Positions 60,532 through 64,000 of a stretch of DNA of 64,000 nucleotides are shown one piece after another. This DNA is from Candidatus Helarchaeota archaeon. Its GTDB lineage: Archaea > Asgardarchaeota > Lokiarchaeia > Helarchaeales > RDOG01. The stretch's first letter is position 1. Every line of letters begins with the position of its first letter. Both the position numbers and the translations under genes were made by a program. Under the pieces are notes generated by a model. That model did not search any database. It was not told the DNA's origin and saw nothing but the letters and a program-made list of their open reading frames with translations. The stretch lies in contig JAHPZH010000002.1 of NCBI GenBank assembly GCA_019058315.1, positions 768,001-832,000 of the forward strand, in the 5' to 3' direction.

Positions 60532-60917
60532 TGGTAGCACTTCCAATTTTAATGTATATAGCAATTATATTAATCTTTCCAACCTTTGTAGGAGCATCCT
60601 TTTTTATTTTTTATCAATATGAATTATATAAACTTACACATTATTCTGATACTTGGTATCCTTGGAAATTTTGTACATTCGGTATTTTCGGATTTGAAAT
60701 AGGTATAGGTATATTAGGTGTTAGTTTATTCGGAGGTTTTTTCTTTTTATATCCTGATATTCTTAATGTTGAAGCTGCATACATTCCTCTCTTTTTGCTT
60801 ATATATGGATTTTTAATTTGCTCTGCTGCAGGAGTTTCTTGGGCAGCTTTTAGCCTAAGAAAATATTGGATAAATGTAAAAGAATTAGCAATTAAAAGCA
60901 AAGGTGGCAGTCTATAA
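60531..60917 (+). CDS. 3-TM membrane protein, probable paralogue of 60115
   Basis: WYPW motif, INVK C-terminus, TAATG stop/start overlap. Confidence 0.65.
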   Translation: MVALPILMYIAIILIFPTFVGASFFIFYQYELYKLTHYSDTWYPWKFCTFGIFGFEIGIGILGVSLFGGFFFLYPDILNVEAAYIPLFLLIYGFLICSAAGVSWAAFSLRKYWINVKELAIKSKGGSL

Positions 60918-61023
60918 TAAACCAAATTTTTTAAATGTAATTTCTTTTCTTTTTTCGATTAATTTTCTAATTAAAAAATATACATATAAATCCATAAATG
61001 GAATTAGTTAATGTGTTGTTTTT

Positions 61024-61845
61024 ATGTCATCTAGTTCAAATAAAGGTATTTTAAAAATAATAAATAATATTAAAAGCAAAACCTTACCCCAAGATAAATT
61101 AATCGAAAGTATTAAAGAAATTGGCAAAATAGGAAATAAATTTTTAGCGGATGATCTAATTCCATTACTAGATGAATTTGATGATGAGGATATTTTATTT
61201 CAAATTAGAGAAACATTAGCGAAATTAAGAATAACTCCCGGTTTCTTGAATGATACAGGTCTTGAGAAGGAGGATGAGGGAAATATTGCCGAAGCTATTA
61301 GAAAATATGAGTTATGTATAAAATTAGATCCCAATTATTATTATGCTTGGTATAATATGGCTCGAATGTATGGGGACAAAAAGAAGAATTTTCAAAGAGC
61401 AATAGAGTTATATAAAAAAACTCTTTCAATAAATACAACTTATGGACCAGGATGGAATGGTCTGGGAAATGTTTATTTTGATCTAAAGCAATACAGCCTT
61501 GCAAGACAAGCATATGAAAGAGCAATTCAATGTGTAGATTATAAAGGTAAGAATTATCCTTATTATAACTCAGGACTTGTCTATGAAAAGTTGGGTAACT
61601 TGAGGAAAGCCTTAGAGTATTATTTAAAGTCGGTAGAATTTAAACAAGATTATTCTCGTGCTAGTTATAACGCAGGAAGACTTTATAGAGATTTAGGAGA
61701 AAGCCAAAAAGCCTATGAATATTTTGGAACTGCTTTGAAATACGATCAATCATATGAGAAGACGATAAGAGAATTAGGCGTTATTGTAGAGGAAGTTATG
61801 ACAATATATCTATTGAAAAAATTAGATGAATTTGAATTGGAGTAA
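61024..61845 (+). CDS. TPR protein with N-terminal HEAT-like helix pair
   Basis: AWYNMA, GWNGLG, PYYNSG repeats. Confidence 0.85.
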   Translation: MSSSSNKGILKIINNIKSKTLPQDKLIESIKEIGKIGNKFLADDLIPLLDEFDDEDILFQIRETLAKLRITPGFLNDTGLEKEDEGNIAEAIRKYELCIKLDPNYYYAWYNMARMYGDKKKNFQRAIELYKKTLSINTTYGPGWNGLGNVYFDLKQYSLARQAYERAIQCVDYKGKNYPYYNSGLVYEKLGNLRKALEYYLKSVEFKQDYSRASYNAGRLYRDLGESQKAYEYFGTALKYDQSYEKTIRELGVIVEEVMTIYLLKKLDEFELE

Positions 61846-61896
61846 AATTGGTAGTTTTATCAGGATTAGAACTAATTATTTTTATATGATGATATT

Positions 61897-62790
61897 ATGT
61901 CTCAAGCTACAAAAAAAAGGATTTCAAAACTCATCGAAGATATTAAAAGTAAAACCCTAACGCACGAGAAATTAATGGAAGCTATTTTAGAGATTGGGGA
62001 AAAAGGAAATAAGTCTTTTGCAGACGATTTAATTCCATTATTAGACGAGATTGAAGAAAAAGATATAAAATTCCAACTTAAAAATTCAATTTTAAAATTA
62101 GGTATAACCGCACAGTATATGAACCAGGAGGGTATTAGAAAAGAAGATGAAAATGATTTAGATGGTGCAATTCGAAAATATGAATTATGCGTGAAACTCG
62201 ACCCAAAACACAAATGGGCATGGTATAACCTGGCGAGAATGTATGATAAACACAAAAATAATTTGGAAAAAGCAATTGAATTTTATAAAGAAGCAGTTGC
62301 AGTTGATAAGAATTATGGGGATGGATGGAATAATATGGGCAATATATATTTAGATCTAAATCAACTTAGCCTTGCAAAACAAGCATATGAAAAGGCAATT
62401 CAAAGTAAAGGTTATGATTTTAAATATTATCCCTATTATAATATAGGTTTAGTATATAATCGGGTTAATAATCCGAAAAAAGCATTAGAATATTTTTTAA
62501 AAGCGATAGAAATAAAATCAGATTATGCCAGAGCTCTATATCATACTGGAAAAACATATAGAATGTTAGAGGAACACGAAAAAGCATCCGAATACTTCGC
62601 ACGTGCACTAGAACATGATAAAAAACTTGAAAAGAGTATGAGAGAGCTTGGAGTAGTTATGGAAGAGGTCATAACGAAACAAATTTTAAGAAAGTTAAAT
62701 AAATTCGAACCTGATCAGGATAAGAAAAGTATAGAAATAAAAGAAAAACCAGTTGAAACCCATGATACTAGAAAGCATGGGGTAAGATAA
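61897..62790 (+). CDS. TPR protein, tandem paralogue of 61024
   Basis: Colinear similarity (IKSKTL, ADDLIPLLDE, AIRKYELC.KLDP). Confidence 0.85.
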   Translation: MSQATKKRISKLIEDIKSKTLTHEKLMEAILEIGEKGNKSFADDLIPLLDEIEEKDIKFQLKNSILKLGITAQYMNQEGIRKEDENDLDGAIRKYELCVKLDPKHKWAWYNLARMYDKHKNNLEKAIEFYKEAVAVDKNYGDGWNNMGNIYLDLNQLSLAKQAYEKAIQSKGYDFKYYPYYNIGLVYNRVNNPKKALEYFLKAIEIKSDYARALYHTGKTYRMLEEHEKASEYFARALEHDKKLEKSMRELGVVMEEVITKQILRKLNKFEPDQDKKSIEIKEKPVETHDTRKHGVR

Positions 62791-62811
62791 AAATTCTAAA
62801 AATAAAAAAAA

Positions 62812-64000
62812 TTATGAATATGGGGATAAATCATCTTTAATAGCTTTGGAAGGTAATTGCTGAATACCAATTATTTTTACTTGCCGACTAAATTCTTCTA
62901 AATATTTTTGAGATAGTGAAGGTTTAATATTTTTTATATGATTTATTAAATCTTCATTTTGAATTAATATTTTAGGATCTTTCGCTAATTTCCTTTGCAT
63001 TGCATCTTGAGCTGCTCCTCTAAATACTTTCATGATATCAGCACCCACAAAGAATTTCGACATTTTACTTAATTGATCATAATCTAATTTCTTTTCTATG
63101 GGAAAGTTGGAGGCTAATTTTTGAAAAATTTCGACTCGTTCTTCATGAGTTGGTGGGGGTACGGGTATAATGTATTCAAATGATGAAAGAAGAATATCTC
63201 CTATTTTAGAAAGATCTGAAGTTTCGCATATTAAGATAACCGCAGCTTCTTTTTTGATTTTTTCAAATTCATTAGTAATAAATACGGCAACTTCTCTTGG
63301 AATAAGCTCAAGATTTTGAATTACAATTATACTTGGAGCTACTCTTTCTGCATCGTGTAATAATTCATGAAAATTCTTCCTACTGTCTCTACTGGAAAAC
63401 CAATTTGTTAATTCAATTGCGCTAAAAATGAAATAGTTTGCATTAGATTCTTTCAATAAAGCTTTGTAGAGTAAACTTTTTCCAGTTCCAGGAGGTCCAA
63501 ATAAGATTATACCTTTTTTTGCAGGCAATCCATATTCATGTACTTCTTTAGGATGAACTAATGACATTAACAAAGTATTTTTAAAGAATTCTTTAATAGC
63601 TCCTAAACCCCCGATATCATCAAACGAAATTTTTTCAATTCTTTTAATCTGTGTGACGACTCCCCGTCGTTCAAATCGTTCCCTCATTTCTTGAAATGAT
63701 TTAATATCATCTTCGGTTAAATCAGGTTTAATATTTTCTAAATGAGTCAAAATATCTTTCATACTTATTTTTGTAAATTTATTTGTCTTCATAGCTTCTA
63801 TAGCGACTGCTCTTTGTGCTGATTCACAGATATATTCTATTTCAGCACCTGTATAACCTTTTGTTTTTCTCGCCAACTCTTCATAATCAATATCCTTTGT
63901 GATAGGCAAATCTTTTAAATGAACAGCAAATATTTCTTTTCTAGCATGTTCATCAGGAGGAGGTATTGCTATTCTTTCATCAAGTCTTCCCGGTCTTAAG
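62812..64000 (-). CDS. CDC48/VCP-like double AAA+ ATPase, 5'-truncated by the window edge
   Basis: Frame is open to the edge (LRPGRLD..IPPPD..AR.EIF); second AAA domain has DIGGL and GPPGTGKS but a degenerate Walker B. Confidence 0.85.
   Translation of the reverse strand, partial: LRPGRLDERIAIPPPDEHARKEIFAVHLKDLPITKDIDYEELARKTKGYTGAEIEYICESAQRAVAIEAMKTNKFTKISMKDILTHLENIKPDLTEDDIKSFQEMRERFERRGVVTQIKRIEKISFDDIGGLGAIKEFFKNTLLMSLVHPKEVHEYGLPAKKGIILFGPPGTGKSLLYKALLKESNANYFIFSAIELTNWFSSRDSRKNFHELLHDAERVAPSIIVIQNLELIPREVAVFITNEFEKIKKEAAVILICETSDLSKIGDILLSSFEYIIPVPPPTHEERVEIFQKLASNFPIEKKLDYDQLSKMSKFFVGADIMKVFRGAAQDAMQRKLAKDPKILIQNEDLINHIKNIKPSLSQKYLEEFSRQVKIIGIQQLPSKAIKDDLSPYS

Noticed and set aside
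172-62255. Many short opposite-strand or nested ORFs in the supplied track (e.g. 364-1014, 26275-26727, 45528-46004, 61902-62255)
   Set aside because: They overlap well-supported genes and have no recognisable motifs; shadow ORFs
1-64000. tRNA or rRNA genes
   Set aside because: No GC-rich cloverleaf or rRNA-like stretch seen in any intergenic region; a covariance-model search would be needed to exclude them fully

Overview
AT-rich archaeal DNA, most likely an Asgard archaeon (Loki/Helarchaeota-like). This is an inference from a Rab-like small GTPase, two membrane proteins with C-terminal longin-like domains, a standalone MtrH, many TPR proteins and archaeal GGAGG/GGTGA ribosome-binding sites. 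The window holds: a complete A/V-type ATPase operon (F-E-A-B-D-USP-K-I-G/H-C) with a universal stress protein inside it; a membrane-stress/ion-homeostasis region (wHTH regulator, flotillin + His-rich NfeD-like protein, stomatin, PH-domain membrane protein, PrsW/YhfC and site-2 proteases, P-type H+-ATPase, CorA); central metabolism genes (thiL, pyk, lpdA, korAB, rubredoxin, acyl-CoA ligase); GH36 and GH29 glycosidases; a solo TnpB with a probable omega-RNA; a tyrosine recombinase followed by two unknown paralogues; and a truncated CDC48-like AAA+ ATPase. Best candidates for new biology: (1) a ~45-bp promoter element with a TACG-N8-CGTA palindrome found four times, pointing to an archaeal envelope-stress regulon that resembles the Bacillus sigma-W gene set; (2) an MFS transporter-longin fusion (possible sugar transceptor) next to a GH29 gene; (3) repeated apparent use of ATA/ATT/ACG start codons; (4) the recombinase + paralogue-pair module with an upstream inverted repeat. 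I recognised no tRNA, rRNA or CRISPR array. All calls come from reading motifs by eye; no database search was run.
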